Shown here in pieces: positions 1 through 13,543 of a DNA stretch of 62,834 bases. The notes under the pieces are model-generated. The model was not told the origin of the DNA and searched no databases. It was given only the letters and a program-made list of their open reading frames with translations. Every line of letters starts with the position of its first letter. Positions within the stretch are counted from its first letter, which is position 1. Made by a program: the position numbers and the translations under genes. The stretch is from Octopus bimaculoides (lineage: Eukaryota): positions 146,278,336 through 146,341,169 of the forward strand of contig NC_068982.1 of assembly GCF_001194135.2 (NCBI RefSeq), read 5' to 3'.

Positions 1-73
1 GTATGTGTGTGCGTGTGTTGGTGTACGTCTGTGTGTCTGTATGCATGTATGTCTCCATATAGACATGTACATA

Positions 74-1361
74 TCAGGTTATCCCATAAGTTTTGTCCGA
101 ATTTTGAATAAAGAAAGCAAGTGATCAGATGTTATATTCAATTGAAATGTTATCATCAATGTACTTTCCCTGATTATCTATGACTTCCTTCCATGTATTT
201 ACAAGCTGTTTAGTCCCATCGATGTAAAACTCTTTTGGCTTCAAAGCGAATAACTCTGAAATGTTAGTTTCGACCTCCTCCTGCCATGCGAAATTTATGT
301 CCCCCAAATGATTTTGTAAACTACCAAACAAATGGTATTCTGAAGCAGCAAGGTCGGGAGAATAGCGTGGATGAGGAATTTTTTACCAACCAAGCTCTTC
401 GATCTTCTGTGATGTGATCTTTGCAGTGTGTGGTCGCGCATTGTCCTGCTGAAACATCGCTCCTTTTCGATTCACTAAAGCGGGTATTTTTTCTTCAAAA
501 CCTGGTTCAAACGCTCTAATTGCTAACGGTAGATTCGGGCATTGATTGTTGCATTAGTTGGTAACAATTCAAAGTGAAATACCCCTTTGCAATCTCACCA
601 GATAATGAGAAGAATCTTTTTTCTCATGAAGTTCTCTTCTCAGTTGTGTTTGAGCTTTTTCCCTTTTACAAAGCCACCGTTTACGATGTTTAACATTTCG
701 ATACAAGATCTACTTTTCGTCACCAGTCACAAGTCTATCAAAAAAGGGTGAAATTAGTTCGCGAGAATGGAGAGAAGAGCAGATATCAACTCGGGATTTG
801 CGGTTGCTTTCGAACAATTCATGAGGCACCCATTTTCCAAGTTTAGGAACCTTCCGAAGTTGTTAAAGATGACGATAAACAGTTTTATGGTTTGAACTAA
901 GCTTTATTGCCAATTGTTTAACTGATAATGCAGGATTTTCTTCAAGTAATGCTTCATGGAGCTTATCATGAAACTCAACTGGACGTCCAGTTCGATTTTC
1001 ATCTTCAAGGCTGAAATCTCCACTTCTGAATTTTGCAAACCATCTTCTGCAAGTTCTTTCATTCAAGCATTCTTTCCCATAAACTGAGTGTATGTTTCGA
1101 GTCGCTTCGACTGCGGAGTTTCAGTTTTTGCACTCATAAAGCATTATATGCCTCAAATGCTCTTTGGATACTTCTATGTTAGAAAGAGTTTTAATCACAG
1201 AAGTTTTAATTCTATTATTCTGTAAAATAATATTTAATTTGTTTAAATGTACACAAATGCATAAAAATAATTTTTAATTCCATTAGACATTTTAAAATAC
1301 TATTAAATTTCATTCAATTTTTAAAAAGGTCAAATCGGACAGAACTTATGGGACGACCTGG
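74..1361 (-). mobile_element. Mariner (DD34D) DNA transposon, full length (1288 bp), decayed
   Basis: TIRs tcaggttatcccataagttttgtccga (from 74) and rc ccaggtcgtcccataagttctgtccga (ending 1361), with TA at 72-73 and 1362-1363. Minus-strand transposase motifs: CRRWFAKFRSGDFSLEDENRTGRP, TGDEK*, QQDNARPH, HPRYSPDLAASEYHLF. Confidence 0.95.
128..1180 (-). pseudogene. Mariner transposase pseudogene
   Basis: ORF fragments 863-1066 (HTH/linker) and 125-331 (C-terminus). Stops and frameshifts lie between them; the W of TGDEKW is a stop. Confidence 0.9.
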
Positions 1362-2126
1362 TATATTCATATATGCTGACATAAAATACATTATGTATAT
1401 TAATCAGTATACATGGATATTTAAATGTTAATCTTATATCTTTGAACATTTAAGCTTCTTATATTAATCTTATTTTCTAATTGTTTAGTTACATATATAT
1501 TTCCTTTTATTTCTTTCAATAAATCTCTCTTTTTATCTTCACTGACTCCATATTCTAATTATATANNNNNNNNNNNNNNNNNNNNNNNNNNNNNNNNNNN
1601 NNNNNNNNNNNNNNNNNNNNNNNNNNNNNNNNNNNNNNNNNNNNNNNNNNNNNNNNNNNNNNNNNNNNNNNNNNNNNNNNNNNNNNNNNNNNNNNNNNNN
1701 NNNNNNNNNNNNNNNNNNNNNNNNNNNNNNNNNNNNNNNNNNNNNNNNNNNNNNNNNNNNNNNNNNNNNNNNNNNNNNNNNNNNNNNNNNNNNNNNNNNN
1801 NNNNNNNNNNNNNNNNNNNNNNNNNNNNNNNNNNNNNNNNNNNNNNNNNNNNNNNNNNNNNNNNNNNNNNNNNNNNNNNNNNNNNNNNNNNNNNNNNNNN
1901 NNNNNNNNNNNNNNNNNNNNNNNNNNNNNNNNNNNNNNNNNNNNNNNNNNNNNNNNNNNNNNNNNNNNNNTATATATATATATATATATATATGCGCATG
2001 TCTTTATGCATTATGGCCCAATTTTGTACTTCAATAACTATCTACATGATCATACTGCTATCTAATTCTCATATTTTCAAACACTCATTTCTATCAACAC
2101 ATATCGGCTACTATATTCCCAGATAA

Positions 2127-2178
2127 ATGTCCATCTGAAGGTTGTCGCCAATAACCCGCGAACGTATATCATGGACAT
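2127..2178 (+). ncRNA. Degenerate type I hammerhead-like motif, probable Penelope terminal-repeat remnant
   Basis: 8-bp stem I atgtccat/atggacat encloses ctgaag, a GGTT..AACC stem and gaacgtatatc. The core is damaged. Confidence 0.4.
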
Positions 2179-2559
2179 ACGCTGATATAGAGATTATACT
2201 TTCAACTTCAGAGAACAGTATCCTGCCTCTGCAGTATCCTGCAAAACACATTCAATGCTCACTACGGGAACTCTCCATCATATACTCACACGTCCATTGA
2301 GAATATTAGTTCAGATAACATTAGTTTCTTTTCACATACCTAAGTACTTTCATGTTTATTAAAATAAACATTTAAAGCAATATAATGTATTTTCTTCCAA
2401 ATTACTCGATAGTACAACTTCATAATATTACTACCTTATATTGAAATTATACACTATGGTTAGAGATACATTAATGCGATCTACGACTTTCATCCCTCCC
2501 CTTATCTTCGTTAATTTCTCTGATATACATTCTTATAATTGTTGTTACCAACCGTAATA

Positions 2560-2718
2560 GTTGGTTTCACGTTTCGGCTTAATGCCAGCAATTTCGAGGA
2601 AATGGTTAAGTCGATTACTTCGACTGCAGTGCTTAAAGGATGAAATGCAAAGTCGACCTCGGCGAAATCTGAACTCAGAACGTAAAGACAGACAAAACGC
2701 CGCTAAGCATCTCAGCCG
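2560..2718 (-). mobile_element. tRNA-derived SINE family 1, internally deleted copy
   Basis: aaagtcgacctcggcgaaatctgaactcagaacgtaaagac...gctaagcat matches the copies at 16622 and 33813. Confidence 0.85.
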
Positions 2719-4751
2719 AAGTAATATAGTAGTACATCGTTATAGGAATTCCGAAGCCTCTATTATCTCACTACAAAATTTATACCTCGCCACTTACAAT
2801 TAGCCTCTATACTCATGCATCATTTAAATCTAAAAATATTACTGACCCTAGCTGTTTATACTAGTTCACAATGTCAGTTAAATAGACATGCAGTTCCAGA
2901 GGAGTGTCAACAACTGCTAATAAACTTTACACACTGTTGAGAAGACTAGGTGTAGCAGTAAATTGAGTTATTGCCCGTAAGCTCACCTAACGCTCAGCAA
3001 ACGGTCTCTAGGTAGAACTCTTTCTTACTACACAATCATGTGTTGTAATTTACAACCACGTTTTCTACAGTCTTATGATAATGTCAAGAACTTGACTGTG
3101 GCACTATATCATGTAGGATCATTATACATTATGCTACAATAATATAGGACATTACTATAAAAGCTGAGTCATAGAAAGTTGTTTTCACTTAATACACTGT
3201 GGGAAGTGCTAACACATGTAGACAGACTAGTATGCATATTAAAAACACTATCGGTAGCTATACTGTCGTGTTATATAATTGTTATAGCACAGTGTACAAT
3301 GATATTACTATGAAATGGCCATATGGTAAACTATAATATATCTGCTATAGTCACAAAGTGTAGCAATATGTGAAAGTCAGAGAATTAATTCCTGCTATTT
3401 ATTTACTCAGTGATTTTATACACACACACACACACACACACAAGCACAGACACATTCACACATACGCGCGCACACACATACACACACACACATATGTATA
3501 TATGTACGTATATATATGTATGTATGTATATATATATATATATATATNNNNNNNNNNNNNNNNNNNNNNNNNNNNNNNNNNNNNNNNNNNNNNNNNNNNN
3601 NNNNNNNNNNNNNNNNNNNNNNNNNNNNNNNNNNNNNNNNNNNNNNNNNNNNNNNNNNNNNNNNNNNNNNNNNNNNNNNNNNNNNNNNNNNNNNNNNNNN
3701 NNNNNNNNNNNNNNNNNNNNNNNNNNNNNNNNNNNNNNNNNNNNNNNNNNNNNNNNNNNNNNNNNNNNNNNNNNNNNNNNNNNNNNNNNNNNNNNNNNNN
3801 NNNNNNNNNNNNNNNNNNTATATATATATATATGAAATAGTACGTAAGTATATATATCTCTTTATATTAACGTACATATTTACACATAATGTTGAGAAAT
3901 ATATATTTTAGCGAAAAAAATATTGCATATGGTAAATATAATTTTTTACCCCATACAAAGAGAAATAAAGAAGATACATTTACAGCCATTTTATGTGTAG
4001 ATAGTTATTTATCGGAAGCGTCTGCTGTCGCCAGATATAACTGTAGATTAATAGCTATTTATACAGATCACGTACAGTGATACACGAAGAACGTCTACTG
4101 GAATTTGTGTAGCGTGCATTCAAAGGCAAATTTTATTAAGCAAATATTTACTATTTAAGCACACCTTAAAATGTAGCAAGATATCTGAGTTAAATATAAT
4201 GTAGATGTTGCTACAATATCAAAACTTACTATTAAAATAAAACCCATTGTAGCACATATATTTTTTTCCTTTGTTCACCGAGAAATAAACTATTTTGAAA
4301 CGATGTCAGGAAAAAACTGTCCTTCAGAAGGAACACATTTTTATTTTATGGACAGAAAAATAAATATAGTTGCATTAGTCCAAATCTTTCAAAAATTCGA
4401 GTTATTTTAACATGGACTTTATCTTAAAATGTGGTATACACTGTTTATGCATAAATACTTATTTAACTGAAAAGACCACGTGCGCATTGTATGCAAATTG
4501 AAATGGCCATTTCCACTGTTTATGGCTGTTAACAAGAAGGCCATAAAACTCACTTTAATGTCAGTAAATAAGCGTACATCCCTGCATTTCTAATGCCTTT
4601 CCATATATTTTTTCTCTATATGCAGCGTTGTTTTTAGAAGCTCTTGGTGAATACATACATACCATACATAATACATACATAATACATACATAATACACAC
4701 ATAATGCATACATACATACTTACATGTACACATACACACACATATATATAT

Positions 4752-5142
4752 ATACTCTTTTACTCTCTTTTACGTTTTTACTTGTTTCAATCATTTGACT
4801 GCGGCCATGCTGGAGCACCGCCTTTAGTCGAGCAAATCTTTGGAAGCCTAGTACTTATTCTATCGGTCTCTTTGCGGAACCGCTAAGTTACGGGGACGTA
4901 AACACACCAGTATTGTTTGTCAAGCTATGTTGGGGAGACAAACACAGACAAACAAACATATATATATATATATATGTATACATATATACGACGGGCTTCT
5001 TTCAGTTTCCGTCTACCAAATCCACTCACAAGGCTTTGGTCGGCCTGAGGCTATAGTAGAAGACACTTGCCCAAGGTGCCACGCATTGGGAATGAACCTG
5101 GAACCATGTGGTAAGCAAGCTACTTACCACAGAGCCACTCCT
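4752..5142 (-). mobile_element. tRNA-derived SINE family 2 with internal microsatellite
   Basis: Head rc ggagtggctctgtggtaag...ggttcattccc...gcaccttgggcaagtgtcttc. Body is shared with the copies at 7687, 41343 and 55581. Confidence 0.9.
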
Positions 5143-5848
5143 AACGTATGTGTGATAAATAGCCTATTTGTCTATATATATATATAAATATACAAGCACG
5201 CATGACACACACACACACTCACATATATCATTTTCGCAAATATTCTGATATAAAAGTGTTGTGAATATGTATTTAAATATGTATATCATATTTTTTCTAA
5301 AATGGTCATAAAGATCTGTTCATTCTTATTGTGCCTTTTTACATGCCTTTTCATTTGCGCGTTCGTTTATGTATGTATCTTGTGACATGTTAGGTTCCTT
5401 TATACGCAAGTTTACATGTATATTTGTATGCAGGCTGGTTATACATATACACACATAGACATACATGTAACTACAAATGCTGTTATTGTATCGGCATGTA
5501 TGTTTATGCGTTTGTGGGTGTTTTCTGATCCCACTTAAATAAGTATATAGTCAAATAGGCTATTTATCACACATACGGTAAGTCACAACAAAAAGATATT
5601 CATAACATATTTTTAATGCGCAGACATTGCATTCAAATGAGAGTATGTTTTCGTCGAACATCAAATATCTTCAATCTCACCGAGTGAAATAAATTTTTAC
5701 TGTTTCTGAAAGTGAAAGGTAAGAAAAATCTATTTCGCTGTGTTTTTATGAACAAATGCATGTGTATATTTAGCTTTTGTATCTATTTTGCCGACGTCTG
5801 TGTGTGTATGTGCGCACGCGCGCGCGTGTGTATGCATATATATATATG

Positions 5849-5905
<57 letters not shown>

Positions 5906-6744
5906 GAAATGGATTATGAATCCGGGCAAAAAGTTTTCTTCCTTCTTCTTTCCATATCTTAATTATTTTTGTTTTTATTTACTTTGGCTCTTGAGATGCT
6001 GACTCCGAAGAAAATATGGTTTTTCAACGGTCGTTCGCTATTTTTAATCGATCAATCGACTTTTTGAGTAAACGGAACTAAGAATGCATCCAAAATGCAT
6101 ACCAAAAATAGCTGTAAGTCTACAATGCCAAATAAATATGTGTTCAAAGCCTGTTATTGATGTTTTTCTTGTATATGCATGCATACACACACTTGCACAC
6201 ACAAACACGCACGCACGTACACATACATACATACATGCACACACACACACAAAAAAGTACCCATGTAGTTCATATGTAGAATTGATAAAAGAAAGTACAG
6301 CGTGAGATAAATATTTAATATACACAATTACAAAAGTGTTGCTAATTTCATGCTTTAAGATAAATTGAATGTGCAGATTTATACAACGACATGCATCTCC
6401 AAGCAATCTTTCAGACTTAGTTCATAACGTTATGTATCGAAATATGAAACTATTAGTAACTCTTTTGTAATTGCGCATATTAAATGATATCTTACTTGTG
6501 AGCGCAGAGGTGAAACCATAGGATAGCGAGTGACTGACTCGGCTAAAACAGAAATATTATTAATCTTTACATTCTCGACATTAGCATCGAGAATTTTTTT
6601 TCTTTCGCTTGTCTACACTAAAGTTAAATACCAGCACATAGAGTCACACATACGTATGTCAATATATACAACGTTGGGCATATATTTCCCTAAAGTTATA
6701 TGAACAACTATACTTTATGAAAAAATTCAAAGAGTAAACTTCGC

Positions 6745-7250
6745 CTAAAACCAAGAAGAGCAAATGAATGCGGAAGATCCAGTTGCGTTATAGACAAGAG
6801 AGATCAATTTCAAATAACATCTCTTTCCACTACTAAAGAAGTTCACTTGTGAAACTTTAGACATATTATATAAGAATTGGAGAAAATTAAACAGGACAAA
6901 TCGAAGGATCCATAATTTTATTCTGGAAAGCCATAAGTTTATGCAGGTTTTTGAGTACGAACAGATAGATCCGAATCTCTTCAAGGCCAAACATTTTCTT
7001 GAAAATCCTCTACACTGTTTCTCACTGTTTCTACATATAATTCTCAAAAGAAACATGTTGCAATAATATTATTCAAAAGTAAAAACTTCTGAACATTTTG
7101 CTTTCATCTGTTTGATTAATTGCCAAAGTTCTGCCGGAAGCAAATGAGAAAATCTTTTTTCGAATCGCTCATGATGCTTTTTGTTTAATTTCTACTTACG
7201 CAGAACGTATTTTGTGGTTTTATTGATTAATCATCTGACAAACACTATTG
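6745..7250 (-). pseudogene. Highly decayed Penelope-like RT fragment
   Basis: Minus strand KPA*TYGFP (cf. PARIYGLPK) followed by YNMSK (cf. YNLSK); many stops. Confidence 0.45.
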
Positions 7251-7686
7251 ACTTAAATAGAAAGAAATGATAAAAAGTTCAAGAGGAAATATTTTGAAAT
7301 GTGTCTTAGAACCTCAAACACTCTGTATGAATTTTATTATCATTAGGTTCCTGTTAATTGATTCTATTTTTCATTCTTTAATCATTGATGACGTCACATT
7401 TCACATTCTTAACATTGTTCCAATTGTTAATGAAACACTTTTTTTTGTTCTAAATATGCTACACGTTATTTTGGTATTCTTAAAATATATTTCTAAAATA
7501 GATTATGCATTTTACTAACATCTATAGAACGCTTTTTTTTTTTGCTTCAATATCAGAATATTTGTTACATATTTCATTTCTTCCTTCCTTGCTTTTATCT
7601 CCCTACACATTATTTCTTTATATCTCTTAGTTTCCTAAAGTTTTTATAATTGATAAATGCAAATATTATGTACACATTGTATACTG

Positions 7687-7861
7687 GTGCAGGCACGAAA
7701 GTGTTGTTTAGGATTTCGCTTCTCAACCACATGGTTTCGGGTTTAAACGTACTGCGTTGCAACTTAGTCATATGTTTTCTATTATAGCCTTCTGTGAACA
7801 AACACCATAGAAGTGAATTTGGTAGACGGAAATCGTGAGGCAACCTTCTATATATATGTAC

Positions 7862-7894
<33 letters not shown>

Positions 7895-8055
7895 TGTGCG
7901 TGCGTGCGCGCGTGCGACTTTGTATTTCGTTCCCCCACCACTTGAACGCTAGCATTGGTTTCTTTACAACTCTGGTCTGCCAAATATTTTGAATTCTTCG
8001 ATTAACACTAAAAGGTGATGTCCCAGCATGGCCGCAGTTCGAGGCCAAAAGCAGA
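7687..8055 (+). mobile_element. tRNA-derived SINE family 2, diverged copy
   Basis: aaccacatggtttcgggttt...gtgaatttggtagacggaaa...(TG)n...ccagcatggccgcagt is homologous to the rc of 4752-5142. Confidence 0.85.
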
Positions 8056-8494
8056 TATTTCATGTAAAATTATTAGCCAGCGTATGTTGTTTCGATGAAT
8101 CTATTTTATGTTTATTTCAAAAATATCTAATAATATCCATCTGGTACATGCACATTTCTCATTACCGTAGATGTTATTATTATTGATACTTCCACCACTG
8201 GTATGCTTATATGTATGAATATGTATGCATGTATGTATGCATGTATGTATGTATGTATGTATGTATGTATGTATGTCATTATTCAGCTATATTTCAAGAT
8301 TTATTGACAATCGAGAAAGTGGTTTCTAACCTAGATCCAAGGTTCCTTCATTCGTATTTCAACATCAACAACAGGGTATTTTTGCTTGTTTGTATGTATG
8401 TATGTATGTATGTATGCATGTGCAGATTTGTATGTTTTGTGTATGTATTTTCATGCATATAGTTACATATCTAGACATACTCATATATATTTAA

Positions 8495-8970
8495 ATGATA
8501 AACGTCTGGAAACTTTTAGATATTTTTACAGTTCCAGTGATGGATTGAATATGTAGTCTTCGAATTAGCTTTCTCCTCTCTAGGTTTTTGAGAAGCCTAA
8601 TTTCTCGAGTTTGGTATTTAGGCAGTGTGTTACATATCCCAGGGCCCCAATAATTATATGTATAAACCTGAACTTGTAATCTGGATAGAGTAACTGCAGA
8701 TTTCTCAATAGTTCAGCATAGGTGTTTTTTTTTATTTCACTGATTTTCAGTTTTATGTTAACATCCGCTGGACAGTTAATTTTCACAACTGTGCACAGTT
8801 TCACTACTTTATCCCAAATCATTATATCAGGTCTGTTGTGCTTACATTTTATTGAGGTCTTCACTGGTACATTCCAGTAGTATTCTTTTTCATTATGAGT
8901 GGTTATAGCTTCTGCCATATTGTGGGTCTTTATTTATTTGACCTCGGGATTATCCTTCCGACAGATTTCA
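8495..8970 (-). mobile_element. 3' fragment of an R4/Dong-like (REL endonuclease) non-LTR retrotransposon
   Basis: YYWNVPVKT..HNRPDIMIWDK..CTVVKINCPADVNI..K..Y..L..IIIGALG, a PD-(D/E)xK-type REL domain. The ORF ends near 8495; a probable 3'UTR and (TACA)n follow toward 8210. Confidence 0.85.
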
Positions 8971-9103
8971 TTATGTACGTGTGGATGGATGTACATACGC
9001 ATGTATGTATGTTTGTATGTATGTATGAATATATGTATGTATGTGTATGTGTGTATATGTGCATACATATGTGTGTGTATTATGTATATGTATATATGTA
9101 TAT

Positions 9104-9145
<42 letters not shown>

Positions 9146-9443
9146 NNNNNNNNNNNNNNNNNNNNNNNNNNNNNNNNNNNNNNNNNNNNNNNNNNNNNNN
9201 NNNNNNNNNNNNNNNNNNNNNNNNNNNNNNNNNNNNNNNNNNNNNNNNNNNNNNNNNNNNNNNNNNNNNNNNNNNNNNNNNNNNNNNNNNNNNNNNNNNN
9301 NNNNNNNNNNNNNNNNNNNNNNNNNNNNNNNNNNNNNNNNNNNNNNNNNNNNNNNNNNNNNNNNNNNNNNNNNNNNNNNNNNNNNNNNNNNNNNNNNNNN
9401 NNNNNNNNNNNNNNNNNNNNNNNTATATATATATATATATATG

Positions 9444-9632
9444 GGAGAATATACAAATAATAACAACAGACGAGGACAGGTGGTGTAAATAACAAAAGTA
9501 TATATTAGTATGACGCTCGGGAATACGGAAAGTCTTTGACGTTTCGAGCTACGCTCTTCAACAGAAAGAATACGGAGACAAGGAGAAAAACACGGAGAAA
9601 AAAAATTGAATAGTGTTCAGTCAACGGTCAAT
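9444..9632 (-). mobile_element. Penelope-type terminal repeat (pLTR-like) fragment, family A
   Basis: Homologous to 60690-60930 (gagcgtc..ata.ta; cgaaacgtca). Contains a hammerhead motif. Confidence 0.65.
9533..9569 (-). ncRNA. Minimal type I hammerhead ribozyme motif (A6U substitution)
   Basis: rc reads UCUUU CUGUUGA A GAGC GUA GCUC GAAA C GUC AAAGA: 5-bp stem I, 4-bp stem II, palindromic ACGU stem III. Confidence 0.75.
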
Positions 9633-9636
9633 CATA

Positions 9637-9670
<34 letters not shown>

Positions 9671-10899
9671 TATGCATCACGTGTATGTATATATATATAT
9701 GTGTGAATATATACAGCCGATATATGAAATAGACTACGTATGAAATTAAATAGCTACTTGTGTGTCACGCATAAGGTAAATACATCCTTGAAAGGAAAAT
9801 TTGCTGCGTTGTTCTTATAAAGATAACATCGGTTTTGCATGAAATTTGTTTATACACGCAATAATTATCGGACGAAGAAGACAATCATGTCATTAGCGGC
9901 TACAATGTACGCCAGATGCATTCTTGCTTCTTTCGGCATTGTGAATGTCATGTTTTCATAGCAAAACACAAACATGCAGGAGATTTGTTGCTTCCTGTAT
10001 CTCGGAAAGCAGTGAAAACCATTCAGTTCCTTGTGAATATTCGTTCGGCTGAATAAAAGGTGTTATATGCAACAGAATCAATATTCTATTTAAAGAGTCA
10101 TCTATTTATCATATAAAATGCATCATTGAAAGCTAAATTTACTGCGCTACTCACAGAGTATATAGAAAAGTGAAGAAATTGTTTTGAATTTATTTATACA
10201 TAGGAAACTCTTAGAATTTTCTAAAGAAAGGCAACGAAAGAGATTGAAATGCAGTGAAATAAAATGTAATGAAGTCAAATATATCATTATATTTAACGAT
10301 TTGCTTAGTGCTCGAGAATACTTGTCTGTAGTAAAGGGAGAATTTCCAGCTTTGGTTATATACAGAAAAAGTAGGTTCATAAGAAGGTTGTCAGTATTTG
10401 GCGCGAATTGACTTGCATGAGGCAGACTCTATATAATTTAGGGCCGGGTACGTCAGCGATGTCAAATAATGTTCCCGTCCTATTTTCAGCTCTCTGTCAT
10501 GCCAGACTGAAATGGCTACCAGATCAGAAAAGATTTGTGCCGCTGGTTAGTCAGCTACTCATATCATATATGACTAGGCACGTATTGTTCTTAGCAAAAT
10601 TATTTAAAAAAATATTTTCTTTTCATATTTGAATGATTGTGAATGTGTGTGCGTCTGTGTATCAGTAAACTGTGTAAAACATATACGTACACACATTTTA
10701 GTTGATTTTCTTTCATATCATTTCATATCATTTCCTTCCACTTCATTTCATTTCCTTGAAGAATTAGAAGACTTTCTTTCAACGAATATAAACAAATATT
10801 ATCGGTCGCACATGCGAAGTGTATGTGTTTCGTATACGCTCGTTTTCTGTGGGATAGCGTCCAGGAAAAGCTCCCTACAAGACACCAAGTGTCAACCTG

Positions 10900-12700
10900 A
10901 AATATAACTGAATAGAAAGCAGATATTCAAAATGTTAACTAATCTTAGACAAAGAGAAATTTTCAACAAAACAATGAAACTTTTGCTCTCATTGTCACGA
11001 ATAAATCCGCATTTTACTTGTATTAAGGAACAGAGGAAGCCATCGTTACTTATATCGACAGTATGACATTAATTTCCCGTTAGCGTCCATAAATGTAAGC
11101 AGTACTTACGGAAAGAAGAGAAAGAAGCTCTTCAAACGTTCGAAAATATTAATACATCATTCTTAAAGAATCCGATAAGTGCAAGACAATTTTCATAATG
11201 GAAACAAGTATTACAAAGAAAAATTAATTGAAAAAATAACGGATAATACATACAAGCAAAACACATGAAACCTAGATAAAACTACAATGAACAAAATCAG
11301 CTTATCAATTAAACAGTGCGCAGGTTCAGTTTCAGGAAAAGAAATTAACTCTATGGAATTTCAATACAGAGAATAACAAATTCTATGGATTGTCCATGCT
11401 TCGTAAAATTCTCAGATTCCAGAAATCTATAAATGAGAAAATGACAAATACTTTGAAACACTGAAGCAAGTTGATCTTAAGATGAGACGAATAGCAGCGG
11501 AACCACAATCAGTAACACAGCATCTAAATTACATAGAAATTCTAATTAAAACACTATGCCCAAAGATCTCAAACCACATGCACGATGATATAGACTTCCC
11601 GTAATACATATCATCAAAAGTTCCAAAGGGCACAGTTTTAACATGCTGTGACTTCATTATTCACATATACCTGTATCTCCTATACTGTACGCTTACCGGA
11701 AATCATATACTGCGCAGAGAGCCATAAATATGTGGTTAATGAACACTTCAAGACAAATTACATTAATAAATTTCTTCAGTTGGTATTATTAAAAGCAACT
11801 TTAACTTTGATGGCAAATCATGTAGAGAAATCAAAGAAACGGATAACACTAGTGGCAACCCCGTTGTTAGAAAAAGAAATAATACACAAAATTTAAAATG
11901 AAATATGGTTGAGAAGCGGTAGCATTTTATTCACTGTTGTTATATTCTATATTTGGAGCTGCTCACGAGATAAATCACATACTTTCCATATCATTCGAGA
12001 CTTTATGTATCCTTTAATTTGATTCACAACAGAGTTACAACGAGAATATTATGCTAAAAGTCAGGACCATACCAATATCTAAGTTCTTATTCATGACAAC
12101 CATCACACACAAACAAAACCTCTCATTCGGTATGCCAAGAAAAAGCACAACAGGATTGATCGAGAACTACTACAAATAACCTAGATGAACTCTCTGGTTT
12201 TCCATCACAACAAAATAAAAAAAAACATTCATTATATCTAATAGATGACGTCATCAGAAGAGCAATGTAACTGGATATGTCTCAACTTAAGATACACAAA
12301 GATAAAGTAACGGGGAATGTCATTTCCTTTCTCAATGTTCATATTTTGGGAGTATCAAACATATCCACATTCATAAAATCAAACTTTCCAATCCTTTTGC
12401 AAAAAACAAAAACGAAAAGTCTAATCTTCAAAATCCCAAGAGTTAACCGTAAATGTATAGCCTAAGAATCTCAAGAAACTTCAGAAAATCTTTCAAATGA
12501 TCCACTAAATAGCATTGAATATAACATGTGTGGTACTTACAGCTGCAACGATTATACATATTTAGAAATTTATTCGACATTAAGTTTTAAAAAACCGACA
12601 ATAAATGCTGACCGCACTGTAAAACAGAAAACCCAATCTCTTGCATCACCTCTCCTAATTGTTAGGAAAATTATAGCGGCCGTACAGGAAACTCCTTGTG
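10900..12700 (+). pseudogene. Decayed Penelope-like element (RT region)
   Basis: Motif remnants in order: EEKEAL, ILKESDK..IFIMET, FYGLS (cf. FYGLPK), DDIDF, SLFTYT, LQLVL..NFNFDGK. Many frameshifts; boundaries approximate. Confidence 0.6.
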
Positions 12701-13491
12701 TAGGCAAACTATAATGCATAAAAAGCAAATATAGCATCCACAACTAAGAAAATTCACTCTCAGTGAAAGTTTTAAAATTTATGTAGCAAATTGAAGATTT
12801 TAACTTCTTAGAAATGCTTAAGAAATGGTTTGTCATATCGATCACAAATGCAGAAACATTTTCTATAAAATTTGTCGCCAAAGCAACCGGTTACTCGTGT
12901 ATCCCTATATATTGGTGGCGATAAATTGAAATTAAGCATATCATTAGTTATGAGTACACGACATCGATGAAGCCAAAGTGGAAGAGACGCATCTAGCATT
13001 CTCGTAAGCAGCTGTTGGGACTGTTTTAGTACTTTAAATCTATATGCATATAATGCTTTAAACGCTCACGTCCGTAAGAAACGTCATTTCTGGAAGAATA
13101 CCGCAGTGAATTAAGTGCGATACGTCATTATTGTCATTTAAAACTGTTTCTGCTGCATAAAACGGATCTTTATTCACCGGGGCGGCTATTCTCAGTACCA
13201 GCGGATGTTTATCCACTGTTTTCCTATAAACTCAATATGATTAGACACATCTATGTATAAGATTGCTTGCGCTGTAAATAACATTGACAAGGCCCAAAAG
13301 GACAGACATGAATTTCGTGTTCTACTTAACTGGTGTTGAGACGATTTTCGATTGACTCCGATATATATATATTGATCTTAAACACGCGAATCCATGCGAG
13401 ACATTACCTTCAAATGTATACACCAGTAAATTTGCCTTTCAGCTATGTACTTATATAAGTCTGATGCATAGATGGCTCGATAAGTGTCTGT

Positions 13492-13540
<49 letters not shown>

Positions 13541-13543
<3 letters not shown>

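Noticed and set aside
3370-3911. Long ORFs rich in HT, YI, CV, poly-I, poly-L or poly-N, or running through X (also 8895-9495, 19686-20591, 33023-33833, 40305-40868, 41559-41947, 46391-46933, 59949-60743, 62152-62391)
   Set aside because: They are translations of microsatellites and N-gaps, not genes.
9700-10600. Possible decayed LINE on the minus strand (NKSP-like motif)
   Set aside because: A single weak motif is not enough for a call.
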